From Carcharhinus amblyrhynchos (lineage: Eukaryota): a stretch of DNA of 64,000 nucleotides. Every line of letters starts with the position of its first letter. Within the stretch, counting starts at the first letter, position 1. Shown in pieces: positions 50,400 through 63,690 of this stretch. Both the position numbers and the translations under genes were made by a program. The notes beneath the pieces are model-generated. The model made no database searches. It was not told where the DNA came from and saw only the letters and a list, made by a program, of their open reading frames with translations. The stretch covers positions 49,600,001 to 49,664,000 of the forward strand of contig OZ336880.1 in the NCBI GenBank assembly GCA_965287045.1. Direction: 5' to 3'.

Positions 50400-51135
50400 A
50401 CTCACAGAATTGTTACAGTGCAGAAGGGGGCCATTCAGCCCATTGTGTCTGCACTAGCTCTCCAAATGAGCAATTCATCTGATACCATTCCCTTGATTTC
50501 TCCCCAGAACACTGCATATTCTTCCTTTACAGATAACGAGTCTAATTCCCTTTGGATGCTTCAATTGAAACTGCCTCCACCACATTCCTAACCACTCTGC
50601 ATGAAATGTTTTCCCATTTATCACTTTTGCTTTTTTTTGCCAATTATCTTAAATCTGAACCCTCTTATTCTCAGTCTGTTAACATACCAGAAGATCAACG
50701 TTGCCCTCAGCACAATTTTCTCTGAAGAAATCCCTGCTGACATTCTTTAATTAACCAACATTTGTCCATCCCATCTGATTATTAATTGTGCTGCTAATTA
50801 TGGTTTCTCAAAGTTTCCTCATCACCAACTGATTGACCTGCTAGGTTTATCTTTACACCCTCTTTTTGACAAGCATGTAGCATTTGCAATTCTCCAGTTA
50901 TTTGGCACCAACCCTGAGTCTAAGAAAGACTGAAAACTTCTGGCCAGTGCCTCTGCAATTTCCATTCTTATTTCCCTCAAAATACTTGGATGCATTTTAT
51001 CTGATCCTGGTGCCTTATTTAAGCACAGGTAGCCTATCAAATGCCTCCTCCACATTAATTATAAACTCTTCTAGTGTCTGAATTATCTCCTCTTTCATTC
51101 TGACCTGGGGAACATCTTCTTCCTTGACAAAGACA
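50400..51135 (-). mobile_element. CR1 fragments
   Basis: KAPGSDKMHPSILREI; CR1 tail at 50400-50460. Confidence 0.75.
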
Positions 51136-51139
51136 AACG

Positions 51140-52165
51140 GGAGCAGTTTTGGACTGGATCCTTCAGAGACTGCAATTCTGCAGAGAATTTGTGTAATGTG
51201 TAATATGGTGTGGGGTTATTGACCATGTTAAGAAACTGATAAGGGATGCCTTTGCTGTAATTTAGTAATAGCTATCAACTAAATAATATTTAGTTGTATT
51301 GTTACACTATAAGTCTTAAAAATTGAAATCTTGCAGCTCCTGTAATTGATATTGGGGAATTCAAATGTCTTTTTAAAAGTTATTGGTCTCTACATGGTTA
51401 TAAGAAATCGGAGGTTTTGCAAGATTTGAATGCTGACCTGGGTGAACTTTCCCAGATTTTAAATAAACAAGCGTTCACACTTACTTTCATTGAAGTCATT
51501 TAAAAGTTAATACAGCTAAGTCTATTGATCAGGCATTTTGGAAAAAGAAGGACCTATCTATGAATGCCCTATGACATTGACATAGGTTAATTTGAAAATA
51601 GTAGCAGAAAAATTAAAGATCGATTTAAAAGTCAGGGCTAAGAAGGTGGAGATTGACAAAGTATTAGCTCAACACCCGAATCTTGAAGGAAGAGAAAAGT
51701 AATTCTAATAACACCCAGGTTGAGTTAAATTAAGTTACAAATAAAACAACGGGAATTAGAAAAGTAATTGAGTAAACTTGAATTAGAAAAGAAAGGAAAA
51801 ACAGAGATGTGTAAACTTGGACTCGAATTTCAAAGAGCATAGAAAAGAGGAGAAGGAAAAAAGATTAGAAGAGAAAAGCTTGCGTTTCAGAGAAAGAAAG
51901 TTGGAAAATTGCTTCTCAACAAAGAAAAGTTTAGGTTACACAAATAGGGACAGCAGGAAACCTTGGCAATTAACTCCTGGTTTTGATAAGGAATATTCGT
52001 CTAGTGCCTAAGCTCTGTGAGGAAGGTGTTAAAATGTATTTGTGTCATTTGAGAACATTGCTACAAAGCTACGATGGTCACAAGAAAATTGGACATTTTT
52101 ATTGCAAGTGATGCACAGGGAAAGCATTAGCAGTTTATTCGTCTTTTTCAGATCTACAATCTAGT
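51140..52165 (+). mobile_element. Degraded Gypsy (Gmr1-like) LTR and gag remnant
   Basis: YFVSFENIATKLRWSQENWTFLLQ...GKALAVYSS typical of Gmr1/SCAN-associated gag, preceded by an E/K-rich coiled segment. Confidence 0.6.
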
Positions 52166-52169
52166 GATT

Positions 52170-52845
52170 GTAGAACCATAGGAAAGTTACAGCACAGAAG
52201 GAGGTCATTTGGCCCATCTTGTCCATGTCAACTTCAGAATACCCAGGTGCCCTTTCTAATCCTACATTCCTGCACTGGGCCCATAGCTGTGTAGCCTAAT
52301 GCATTCAAGGTGCAGATCCAGGTATTTTTTAATAGAGTTTAGGGTCTCTGCCTCCACCACCAACTCAAACAGCAAATTCCAGACACCCACCGCCCTTTGC
52401 ATTAAAAAGGTTCTTCCTCATGTTCCCTCTACACCTACTGCCACTTACCTTGAATCTACTTACCTTGTCCCCTGGTTCTAGAATTCTCCATTAAGGAAAA
52501 CAATTTTATCCTGTCCACTCTATCTCTTCTCCAAAATTTTGTACATCTTTGTTAAATTATCCACAACTATTTTTGTTCTAAAATAACCCCAACCGATCTA
52601 ACCTTTCCTCATGGCTATACTTTTTGAGCCCTGGCATCACTCTTGTTCTCTCTAGAGCAATTGCGTCCTTCCTGTAATATGATGACCAGAAATGCATACA
52701 ATATTCCAGTTGAGGCCTCACCTGTGTATTTTACACAATTGCAACATTATATCCTTATGTTTATACCCTATACCTCTGCCAATGAAGGCGAGCATTAAAT
52801 GTGCTTTCTTTGCAACCTTACCTACTTGAACTGCTGCCTTAAGAG
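52170..52845 (-). mobile_element. CR1 3' fragment
   Basis: tccttcctgtaatatgatgaccagaaatgcatacaatattccag (rc of LEYCMHFWSSYYRKD); CR1 tail. Confidence 0.8.
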
Positions 52846-53639
52846 AACATATTCACCACCAGTTAACAATTCCTTAAGGAGCTTGTTATGGGGCCTGTCC
52901 ATTTGGGATTGAAATTTTCTCCTCCCCCCCCTTGATGGTCTTCTGCATATTAGTTGTTGTAGTTGCTGCAGGACCCATAAATTTTCCATGGAGTTGCTGT
53001 TTTTATCTAATCTGTGGGGCTAACAAGTGCTGACATGATCTCTGCTCTAAAGCCTCTATTCCTTGGCTTCTTACCACCTCATACCACCTTCATGACCTCA
53101 TGAGAAGCCATCTTCTTTAACTGCCAAAGCAGTGGCAGCCCCCAATCTAGCCCATACCTGTAATTGTCACTGGCACCAGGCTGGCAGCTCTTGGCCTCTA
53201 ATTGGGTGCTAAACTCGCCTCCTGGCTAATTAGGTCATTTGAATTTAATAAGTGTTACAAGCGCCACACAACATGGGAGCGGGATTGGGACTCAGAATTC
53301 CTTAGGCTGTTGAAAGTTTCTTTATGCTTTTCCATAAAAAACTCTAAATCGAAATGAATTTTGATCCGTATCATTAAAATGCTTTTCCACTGATATCACT
53401 TCCACCTGACCAAATTTATCCCTGAAAAGCAAGTCCAGAACTGTCCACTCTCTTGTTGGGCTCAGTAGGTGCTGGTTCTGCAACTCTGAATGCATTTTAA
53501 GAATTCTGCACTCTGTAGCCTATCCACCAGATTTATCCACATTTATATTAGGGTAGAAAACCCTTTCACCTGCACAACCTTCCACCTAATGTGTGTGGAT
53601 ATGGAATGTGTGGACATTCTCATAATGAATACTTTACAT

Positions 53640-54400
53640 CAACTTACATGAAAGACAGTACCAAGCAAGCATTATAGTGAAGGAGTAATGTAAAATATTG
53701 GATATTAAATATAGCACCCTTGAAGCTGGCCCAGGTTAAAAGCCAGCTGCTAAGGGAAGAAAGGGGAAAAATTATGGCTCTGGCCATAATTTTCCAATTC
53801 TCTCTGACAACAGATGTGGTGCCCACAGGATTGCGAATTGCATTATTATTTAATAAGGGAGTAAGGGACAGCCTCAATAATTACAGGTATGTTAAGCCAA
53901 CCTTGATGGTGAGCAATTTATTGGAAGAAATTCTGACCGGAATTCTGTGACCTCGCCTGCAGCTGGGATTCTCCAGTCCCGCTGCAGTGAATGGAGTTTT
54001 GGCTGAGCGCCAAATTCTCTGTTGTCACTGGCAATGGTACCAGGGTGAACGAGATCGGAGAACCCCAGCCTCTGAGGCTGAATAAATCATTGTTTAGAGA
54101 GGTAGAGATTAATAGAGGACAATTAATGGTGTATAGATTAAAGTAATTGGTAGAAGGATTACAGGGCAGTTGGAGTTATTTCCTCACCCAGAAGTGGGGA
54201 TCTGGATCTTATTACTTGGTAAGTGTGGTAGAGGCAGAATCTCTGATCGCATTTAAAAAACACTTGGAAATGGACTTGAGATGCAGTAATCTACAGGACC
54301 AAGAGCACACGGTGGGATTAGAATGAATGGCTGCTTTTTGGCTGGCACTGACAATGGGATGATTGACCTCCTCCCAGGCTGCAAATCTTTCTATGTTACT
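53640..54400 (+). mobile_element. Old CR1 fragments with a MITE at 53935-54070 (TSD TCT)
   Basis: LFNKGVRD.LNNYR; TCT|gaccgggaattct ... agaaccccagcc|TCT. Confidence 0.72.
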
Positions 54401-54759
54401 ATGAGTAACAAATAACTTCTGCTTATGTTAATATTTAATAGGGAGCACTCCCAAAACATTCAACAAATGTTTCTGATAGGTGGTCCTCATTACTTTTACC
54501 GACTTCACAATTTCATAAGATATTGCAAAATTTCAGAGCTGTTGAAATGGCAAATGTTTACTGACCAGTTTGAATGTCTGCTCATTTCTATAAACTATTG
54601 AAAGATTTCCCAGTCTTTTTTCAACTAAAGGGGTTGAAGTGCCCTTTACTTCACATTGCATATTTGTCTTCACAGTGACCATGTTAATAAATTCATATTG
54701 TTTTAACTTTTCCCCTAGGATACGATGAGCAAGAAATGAGACCATACCAAACAGTTATT

Positions 54760-55855
54760 GGGGGCGATTTTCCAACCATGCCATGCCTGGTGCAGATCGC
54801 ATGATCCCAGAAAATAGCATGTGGGCCTAAAAATTGGTTTTGTGCCCAGCGCCTAATGGCTTGCAATCATCCCAGATCCTTCCTAATGGCGCAAACCTGA
54901 CTGCAACAAAGAAGACATTCACCAAAGGTCCTTAACCACACCCTCCAAACGCACGAACACTTTCATCTAGAAGGACACGGGCGACAGATATATGGGAACA
55001 TCACCACCTGAAAGTTCCCCTCCAAGCCAGTCGCAGTCGCTGGGTCAAAATCCTGGAAATCCATTCCTAACCTGCTGCGAGTGTACTGCAGTGTTTCAAG
55101 AAGGCAGCTTACTACCTACCAACTAGAGAGGGACAATAAATGCTGGCCAGCCAGTGATGCCCATATCCCACGATTGAATAAAAAAAAGGGCAATTGGCAT
55201 ATTTAAATCAGTATTTAAATATGCATAGCCTGTTCGATGCCGAATTCTCCCCATTCCCAGAACCTTCCGATCTTCGGGCTTGGCACAAGACCAGCAAAGC
55301 TAGGGGTGGGTGCCATTGATGCCCCTGGATGGTCAGGACATAGCTGAGTAATGGCCGTCTAGCACAGCCCACTTGACTGTGCCCACCTCAATGTCCTCAA
55401 TGCCAAGGGGCAGGGCCTGAGAAGATGGGGTGCACTGTGCCAGGATGGTTGTACAGGGTGGTGTCATGACGGGGTGCAGCATGGGAGGGGTGGCATGTCG
55501 GGATCATGTTAGGGGCATGAAAGGAGGCCCACTAGGAAGGCTGCAATGCCCTGATGCTGGTGATCAGTGTCAGAGAGGGGGTGGCGTAACATGCTGCTGG
55601 TGGGGAGGAGAGGCGTTTTCTGATATCTGTGGGAGGAGGGAGAAGGTCTCCCAGTCCACTGTGAAATCTGGCGCTGTTCCAAAATGGTACCCAGTCGCTT
55701 TGCAGCTGGGTGGACTTGCATGTTTAGGCCCTGTCCCTTCCAGAACCGGTGCACAACTCGCCACTTTCCCAAAAATGGTTGTGCGTGAGATGATTATGGT
55801 CCGGACTGCACTGGACAGACCAGCACGGATCGCTTCATTGTTCTTGCTGTTGTGA
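54760..55855. mobile_element. Non-autonomous Harbinger-like element with a CR1-group 3' end nested at ~54920-55187
   Basis: gggggcgattttcc start; LINE tail gacaataaatgctggccagccagtgatgccc. Confidence 0.5.
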
Positions 55856-55861
55856 CATTTA

Positions 55862-55996
55862 GGGTAGAATTTTCTGATCATTCTTGCTGGCGGGATTTTC
55901 TGATCCTGCTGCAGTCAATGGAGATTTGGCTGAGTGCCAAATTCTCCGACTTCACTTGCAGCGGTGGCAAGGTATGAATGGCCAGAAAATTCCGCC
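55862..55996. mobile_element. Harbinger-type MITE
   Basis: TIRs gggtagaattttctg / cagaaaattccgcc; same family as 24410 and 53935. Confidence 0.75.
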
Positions 55997-57894
55997 TTCG
56001 TTTTTTTCTGGGAAAATCATGGCCATTAAGCAGATTGATGAGGTTGAAAATTTGCAAAGCCATTTTACTTCCACTGCAGGCACTGCATTTTAACAGTGTA
56101 ACAGGCTATTTGAGCAATTACTCAAAGTTCCCAAATTGTCACCTTGAGTGAGGCAGCAGTCTTAAAATACTGTCTGACAGCATATCAAAGCTACATGAAT
56201 CAAAAAAGCAAAGTTTAAAAACTCAGTTAAACCTGTGGAGCAATTGCAACCCATCTTTCAAATGGTGTTAAACACTTATAGCTTCGGTAATGCCTCAAAA
56301 TTGAGCAAAGTTAATGACAGCTAATGCTTTCAAAAAGATTAAATATAACTTGCCATTAAAAATGGGAGCCTGTTCTGCTATTTAATTCGATCTCAAGTCT
56401 ACTAATCCACCTTTATTCCATATCCCTCGGCAATCTTACCTGATAAAAATCCATCAGTCTGAGTTTCAGTTGATCCATTATCCACAACTTTTTGGGAGAA
56501 AAGATTCTACATTTTCACTACTTTTTATGACCCCTGATTTTACCCCTAAATGGTCTCACTCTAATGTTATTTCCCTTTGCCTGGATTCCCACGCCACAAG
56601 AAAGTTCCTGCATCTACCACCTCACATCTCTTTATCTTTTAAAACATGCCCAAAACTGAATGCATTAATCCAACTGGAGTCTAACCAAACTCTGGACAAT
56701 AGAAGTATGAGTTCAGTACTTGTATATTACAGCTGGGATCTTATTACCATAATGTACATTTTGCTCACACATCTCCAGAATGGACTACAAAAGTAACAAT
56801 CATGTATTCTTTTCAGTACTTATTGACTGAAGTAGAATTCTAAGTACAGAAACTGGCCCAGACGGCACGTGCCACCAACTTTGAAGGAAGCTGCCGACAA
56901 AGATCTAACTATCTCTGCAATGTGGACTTCACATTTGCTGACATTTATTTGATTCTGGCACCAACTCAGGGTATCTCCAAGCATCAGCATTATTAATATC
57001 ATTGAGCAGGGTAACATTGAAAAATTCTCAGACAGCAAACAGAAAGTAAAAAGCACTGATTATCCATCATTTTTTATAAATTTTACAGAGTGATGTAAAA
57101 AATGTAGCATATGAATTAGGGGCTGAAATATTATAATTTAATTTTATAAATTTAAAAAAACCTAAGGAACTTCTAACCTTATGGAAAAAATATTGGCATT
57201 ACTCCGAAATAATGTTAGTATTTCAGGGCCAGAGAGTTATTCAGAAATTTTGGCTTAGCCATTAAAACCCTAATTACACCAAATTAACAAGGTGTAATTT
57301 TTGGAGTTTTTTTTGTCAGGATGCAGTGCCTAAGCAGTGCTGGGGGCAGTGCCCAGGTACTGGCTCAGCATGACCCTCTCCCTGCTGGGGGAAGTACTCA
57401 CCTGTGCACCTCTGGCATAGTTCTGCTGGGTTCTGCTCACTAGATGCATATCGTGGAGGACCTGTTGTAAGGATGCCCCAACTTGAGTGGACATTCTAAC
57501 AGCTGGGGTTGGGGGGCACTATCAGGCGTAAAGGCCTTATAGTTATATATAAATACATTCAAATGGAGACCCCGACATTGAAATTTAGGTTTCCAGTTAT
57601 GCCATTGGCGGGAGTGCGGGGACGATCGGAGTGGGAAATCCCGCATTTTAGGATTCCGTGGGGTTTTCTGCTCCAACTGCCAATCTCACCCCCTTCCTCC
57701 CCAAAATGGAAATGGAAAATTCCCCCCAATGTTTATGAAGCTTTTTGAAACATTTTACTACAATAAAATATAACATAAGCATTTTCACATCAGTTATTAT
57801 GAATTTACAAGTATTTTCTGAGAAGTGTAGTTAAATAAGCTAATTGCAATCGAGGAACTTTTTATGTCTTTCATTACAAGCTACAAGTGCTTAC

Positions 57895-58017
57895 CATCGA
57901 GTTCATAGCAAAGTGGTTGTGCTGAGCCTGTAGATCCAAAGCATGCTGGTAACTCACTCCAATCTCAGTATGACTCTGAAGGAACAATTGCTTGTTGTGA
58001 CTGATCCAGTCAAACAT
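57895..58017 (-). CDS. KALRN: Kalirin RhoGEF coding exon (123 nt, likely exon 6; spectrin repeat region)
   Basis: Translates MFDWISHNKQLFLQSHTEIGVSYQHALDLQAQHNHFAMNSM, matching Kalirin as I recall it; cag| acceptor, |gtaagc donor; phase 0. Confidence 0.95.
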
Positions 58018-58639
58018 CTGAATTAAAGAAAAAGAACTGGTTAGAGCAGATTGTGAGATGAAATTTGATCTCAAGTGTTTACAGGCAATTGGCACACATT
58101 CCAAATGTAGGAAAGAGAAAGGTGAATTGGCAAAAGCAAAACTAGAGAGAGTTATGAGAGCAAGCGAGCCTGAGGGAAAGGAACAGAGAAGAAAACAAAA
58201 AATATGATCAATGGAGAGAGAGATGGATGGAAATTTTTTGATCTTCAGGATTCCCAGTATAATAGCCAATTTCAAGTTCTGAGGTGTTGAATCATGTGTC
58301 CAAAATAAAAATTGCTGCATTCATGTACTAAATTACTATGATTTGCCCAAGAGTAATGGTTTGATCTTCACTCAGCCACGTTTGTTTTATATACATTTTA
58401 CTGACAGATATAATCAAGTTTACTAATGAGACAACATACTGAGATGTGGAGAACTTTGTTTCCCAAAATTCAGTGGACATTACCTCACAGCTATCTGAAG
58501 AATTTGGGAATGTTTGCCACAGAGCTCCATTCAGCCTCTTCATTGATTGAACCATTTGAAAGATCCAGTTGTCTTCAGAATTAAACCTAGTTCCACCACA
58601 CCTCCATCTGGAGGCAGAAATTAGGTCTCATAATAAAAT

Positions 58640-59695
58640 GTGTCTTAGGCCCAACCACCTTCAGCTGCTTCATCAATGATCTTCCTTCCATCATAAGGTC
58701 AGAAGTGGGGATGTTCAATATCATTCTAGACTCCTCAGATACAGAAGACCATAAGACATAGGAGCAGTATTAGGCCACTTGGCCCATCGAATCTGCTCCG
58801 CCATTCAATCATGGCTGATTTTTTTCTCATCCTCATTCTCCTACCTTTTCCTCATAGCCCCTGATCCCCTTATTAATAAAGAAGCAGTCCATGTCCAAAT
58901 GCAGCAAGACTCCGATAATATCTAGGCTTGGGCTGGCAAATAGCAAGTAACATTCACGCCACACAAGTGCGAGGCAGTGACCATCTCCAACAAAAGACGA
59001 TCTAACCTTCACCTTTATCATTCAATGGCATTACCTTTGCTGAATCCCCCGCTATTAATTTTCTGGGGGTTTGCATTGGTCAGAAACTGAACAATATAAA
59101 TACTATGGCTACCAGAGCCGCTCAAAGGCTAGGAATCCTGTGGCAAATAACTCATCAAAGTTTGTCCATCATCTACAAGGCAGTAGTGTATTGGAATACT
59201 CTCCACTTAACCTGGATGAATGCAGCTTGAACAACATTCAAGAAGTGCAACACTATCCAGGACAAAGCAGCCCACCAATGAGGTAGATTGTTAGCCCTTC
59301 CACCAACATTCCATCCCTCTATCACCAATGAACAGTGGAGCTGTGTGTGCCATTTACAAGATGCATTGCAGGAACTCACCAAGGTTACTTAGGCAGCACC
59401 TTCCGAACCCACGACCACTACTATCTAGAAGGACAAGAGCTGCAGTTACCTGGGAACACCACCACCCGAATGTTTGCCTCCAAGTCACTCAACATCCTGA
59501 CTTGGAAATATATCATCATTCCTTCACTGTCACCAGGTCAAAATCCTGGAAATCCCTAACAGCAAAGCGGGAGTACCTCAGGGACTGCTGTGGCTCAGGA
59601 AGGCAGCTCACCAGCACTCTCAAGAGCAACTAGGGAATGGGCAATAAATGTTGGTCTAGCCAGCGACTCCCATATCCCATAAATATATTTTAAAA
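58640..59695 (+). mobile_element. CR1-group LINE 3' portion, with a short CR1 tail nested at ~58745-58880
   Basis: gtgtcttaggcccaaccaccttcagctgcttcatcaatga; tail gggcaataaatgttggtctagccagcgac. Confidence 0.8.
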
Positions 59696-60059
59696 ATGCA
59701 ACAGTCTAAATATCTTTACAAATATGACCTGGCAGATGCATGGAGGTGAAAAATGGAGGAGAGATTTTTACTCCCTTTAGTGCTTGACCAATTTCTTATC
59801 TTCAGCTTTCAGTGAGCTGGTCAGCTGCATTTAACTTCAATGGGACATTAATAATAAATCTTGAACTTATAGAGGTTCAACTGAAGTATTCAAAAGGGAA
59901 TTAGACTGTTATCTCAAAAGAAAGAATGTGCAGGGTTAAGGGGAGAAGCAAAAGAATGGCACTCAACAAATTGTTCGTTTAGAGAGCCAATGCATACACG
60001 TTGGGCTATGGGCTGAATGGCCTCCTTCTGAGCTGTAACTGTGATTCTGTGCTCTTCTC

Positions 60060-60600
60060 TTTGAACAAACAGCAGCAGCATGATATGCCACTGTACTTTG
60101 ACAGAGTGGAATTTCTCAGGGTCCAAAAGCCAATGATTGCATCCTTGTGGCCATATGTGCTTTCTTGGTCAATACCATGCATCAACAGAAAAGGAATCCA
60201 CTCTTCAGATGCCAAGCTGTGGTGTACAAGCGGTTTTTAGGAGCTACCACAATGCCTTCATTTTCAGGCTATTCAATATGTCAGCAACCCTGATTGTGAA
60301 AGCTCTTGAGTGGTTTATCAAGATGACCATTCCATTTAAAGCAATGACTGATTGCACTTGTACAACTTCCCATGCCATTAGCTGAACATAACATTAACAA
60401 ATTCTGCTCTGCTCTGTCACGAGAGACAAAATCACCAGGAATGTTCAAGTCTTGCTTCAGAAACCTAAATCAGGTTGGAGGTGCCCTTGCATTATAATGC
60501 AACTGGTGTCTCAAGAATCATGATTGTGTGCTGCCTGTTTCATAAATGTACTTTTACAAACTAGCTTCATCAAGAAAAGCCAGGAGAGAGAAAGCCCTGA
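60060..60600 (+). mobile_element. Degraded Harbinger transposase remnant
   Basis: FLRVQ..IDC.LVAI, INRKGIHS, GSYHNAFIFR, GGAL.Y, SRIMIVCCLFHK. Confidence 0.62.
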
Positions 60601-60715
60601 AATTAGTAAGAGGAACAGCACAGCATCACAGAGTGGACAATGCATAGCCAGATGCAAGGGATAATCACGCCACTTCTTTTGATGAGGTCTCCTGCCTTGG
60701 ACAATGTAATATCTA

Positions 60716-62253
60716 TCTTAAGAACATAAGAAATAGGAGCAGGAGTAGGCCATCTAGCCCCTCGAGCCTGCCCCGCCATTCAATAAGATCATGGTTGATC
60801 TGTCGTGTCTCAGTTCCACATTCCCGCCCTCTCCCCATAAGCCTTAATCCCCTTGCCTATCAAAAACCTATCAACCCGCATCTTAAAAATATTTAGCGAG
60901 GCAGCCTCCACCACCTCAACGGGCAGAGAATTCCAGAGATTCACCACCCTTTGAGTGAAGAAGTTCCTCCTCAACTCCGTTCTAAACCGCCCCCCCTTTA
61001 TCTGGAGGCTGTGCCCTCTTGTCCTACTGTCCTTTCTGAGCGGGAAGAGCCTCTCCACCTCTATCCTATCCATCCCATTCATCATCTTACATGTCTCAAT
61101 GAGATCTCCCCTCATTCTTCTAAACTCTAACGAGTACAAGCCTAGTTTATTCAGCCTCTCCTCATAGTTCAACCCCCTCAACTCCGGTAGCAGCCTAGTA
61201 AACCTCCTCTGCACTCCCTCCAAGGCCAAAATATCCTTGCGTAAGTGCGGCGACCAAAACTGCACACAGTACTCCAGCTGCGGCCTCACCAGTGCCCTAT
61301 ACAGCTGCAGCACGACCTCCCTACTTTTATATTCAATCCCCCTCGCTATGAAGGCCAGCATCCCATTTGCCTTCCTGACCACCTGCTGCACCTGCAGGCT
61401 GGGTTTTTGCGACTCATGCACAAGGACCCCGAGGTCCCTCTGCACCGTCGCATGCTGCAGTTTTTCGCCATGTAAGTAATAATCCTTCCTACCATTATTC
61501 CTACCAAAGTGGACAACTTCACATTTGCCAACATTAAATTCCATTTGTCAGTTCCTGGCCCATTCGCCCAGACTATCTAGATCCTTCTGCAGATTCTCCA
61601 CACCCTCCGCACAATTTGCCGTTCCACCAATCTTGGTGTCATCAGCAAATTTCGACACCATACACTCGGTTCCCTCCTCCAGATCATCTATATAAATGGT
61701 AAATAGCTGAGGCCCCAGCACCGACCCCTGGGGCACTCCACTAGTCACCAACTGCCAATCCGAATAGCACCCATTGACCCCCACTCTCTGCCTCCTATTT
61801 GACAGCCAATCCCCTATCCACGCTAACACCCTACCCCCAACTCCATGTCCCCTGACCTTCTGCAATAACCTCTTGTGAGGTACCTTGTCGAACGCCTTCT
61901 GAAAATCAAGAAACACCACATCCACCAGCTCTCCTCTATCCACCGCCCTAGACACATCCTCATAGAACTCCAATAAATTCGTCAGACACGACTTCCCCTT
62001 AATGAAACCGTGCTGTGTCTGCTCTATCAAACAATTCTCCTCAAGATGCCTCGCTATTTTCTCCTTGATCACGGATTCTAACATTTTACCTACAACAGAC
62101 GTTAAACTAACCAGCCTATAATTCCCTGCCTTTTGCCTGCCACCCTTCTTAAACAATGGTGTCACATTAGCCGTTTTCCAATCTTCCGGCACTTCCCCGG
62201 AATCCAGCGACGTTTGGAAAATAATCACCAAGGCATCCACTATCACCTCCGTC
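60716..62253 (-). mobile_element. Young 5'-truncated CR1 LINE; RT frame broken by one stop
   Basis: ORFs 61548-62333 and 60810-61544 share a frame, separated by a single TGA (W codon); KFADD motif; cttatgttctt tail. Confidence 0.95.
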
Positions 62254-62514
62254 ATCTTGTCTATAATTCCATCTTGTCTATAACTTCCCCTATCCTGTAA
62301 CAAAATCAGGTTTTTCCTCAGCATTTCACTCAATGTTGGTCATCAAACTATTTGACATAAATCATTTTCAAACCTTGCTAAGACCAAGGTTTCTGCATCG
62401 ACAATATTGACCCAACAAAATTTAAATGCAAAGCCAGCATGTGTGTTATCTATTGCTTTTCTCATTGTACCAGAGTGATTTTGAGTCCACACTTTCCATT
62501 TGTGGGAATGGTGG

Positions 62515-62830
62515 CATGGTGACACAGTGGTACAGTGGTTAGCACTGCTGCTTCACAGTGCCAGGGATCCATCCGGTTTCATGTCCAGCCTCAGGTGACT
62601 GTGTGGAGTTTACATGTTCTCCCTGCGTCTGCAAGTGTTTCCTCTGGGTGCTCCAGTTTCCTCCCAGAGTCCAAAGATGTGTGGATAAGATTGATTAACC
62701 ATGGTAAATTGTCCCTTAGTGTCAGGGGATTAGCAGGGTAAATGCACGGGGATATGGCCCGGTTGGGATTGATGTCGGTGCAGGTTCGATGGCCAAAGGG
62801 CCTCCTTTTGTGCTGTAGGGATTCTATGAT
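62515..62830 (+). mobile_element. HE1-like V-SINE
   Basis: cagtggttagcactgctgcttcacagtgccaggga head; gtagggattctatgatt tail. Confidence 0.88.
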
Positions 62831-63174
62831 TGTATCAAAATCCAGAGAGCACAATCTGTTCTGGCAAATATCTGAGCTCTGACCTTAACAGCCCGTCACC
62901 AGTGGAGTGGTGTGAAACACTTCGCGGGACCACAGTAGACTCATTTTACTGCATTAGCATGTCATTAGCAAGTACCCTCTGTGGGACATCCCCTTCCCCC
63001 TCCTCACTGGATGCCAGTGCCATTGAAAGCAGGTTCACCTAGACATGAATCTCTTGTAGTGGTCTTCCTGGTGTCGTAAAGATCAATAAAGCCCGGGAGG
63101 AGAGGAATATGGCCAGGCAGTGGCCTGGCAATGTCTCCTGGCACTGCCCCTTGGCATAGGTTGACCATGTATCT

Positions 63175-63690
63175 TGATTTGATTTATTATTGTCACATGT
63201 ATTAACATTCAGTGAAAAGTATTGTTTCTTGCACGCTACATAGGCAAAGCATACCATTCACAGAGAAGGAAACAAGAGTGTAGAATGTAGTGATACAGTC
63301 ATAGTTAGGGTGTAGAGAAAGATCAATTTAATGCAAGGTAAGTCCATTCAAAAGTATGACAGCAGCAGGGAAGATGCTGTTCTTGAGTCAGTTGGTACAT
63401 GACCTCAAACTTTTGTATGTTTTTCCTGATGGAAGAAGGTGGAAGAGAGAATGTCCAGGTTTCATGGGATCCTTAATTATGCCGGCTGCTTTGCAAAGGC
63501 AAAGTGTAGACAGAGTCAATGGATGGGAAGCTGGTTTGCATGATGGATTGGGCTACATTCATGACCTTTTGTAGTCTTGGGCAGAACAGGAGCCATACCA
63601 AGTTGTGATACAACCAGAAAGATTGCTTTCAATGGTGCACGTGTAAAAGTTGGTGAGAGTCACAGCTGACATGCCAAATTTCCAAATTCA
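63175..63690 (-). mobile_element. Rex1/Babar LINE 3' fragment
   Basis: Reverse-complement homologue of 39345-39835; tail ttgatttgatttattattgtcac. Confidence 0.78.

Noticed and set aside
1477-58017. TRIO rather than KALRN
   Set aside because: Diagnostic residues (WISHNK..FLQSHTEIGVSYQ.A, RLSEAGHYASQQ, RHDDFEEVAQ) fit Kalirin as I recall it; a BLASTP would confirm
3-63574. The many 60-150-aa ORFs in the ORF track
   Set aside because: They are repeat-derived, antisense to LINE ORFs, or random; apart from the KALRN exons none resembles a host protein
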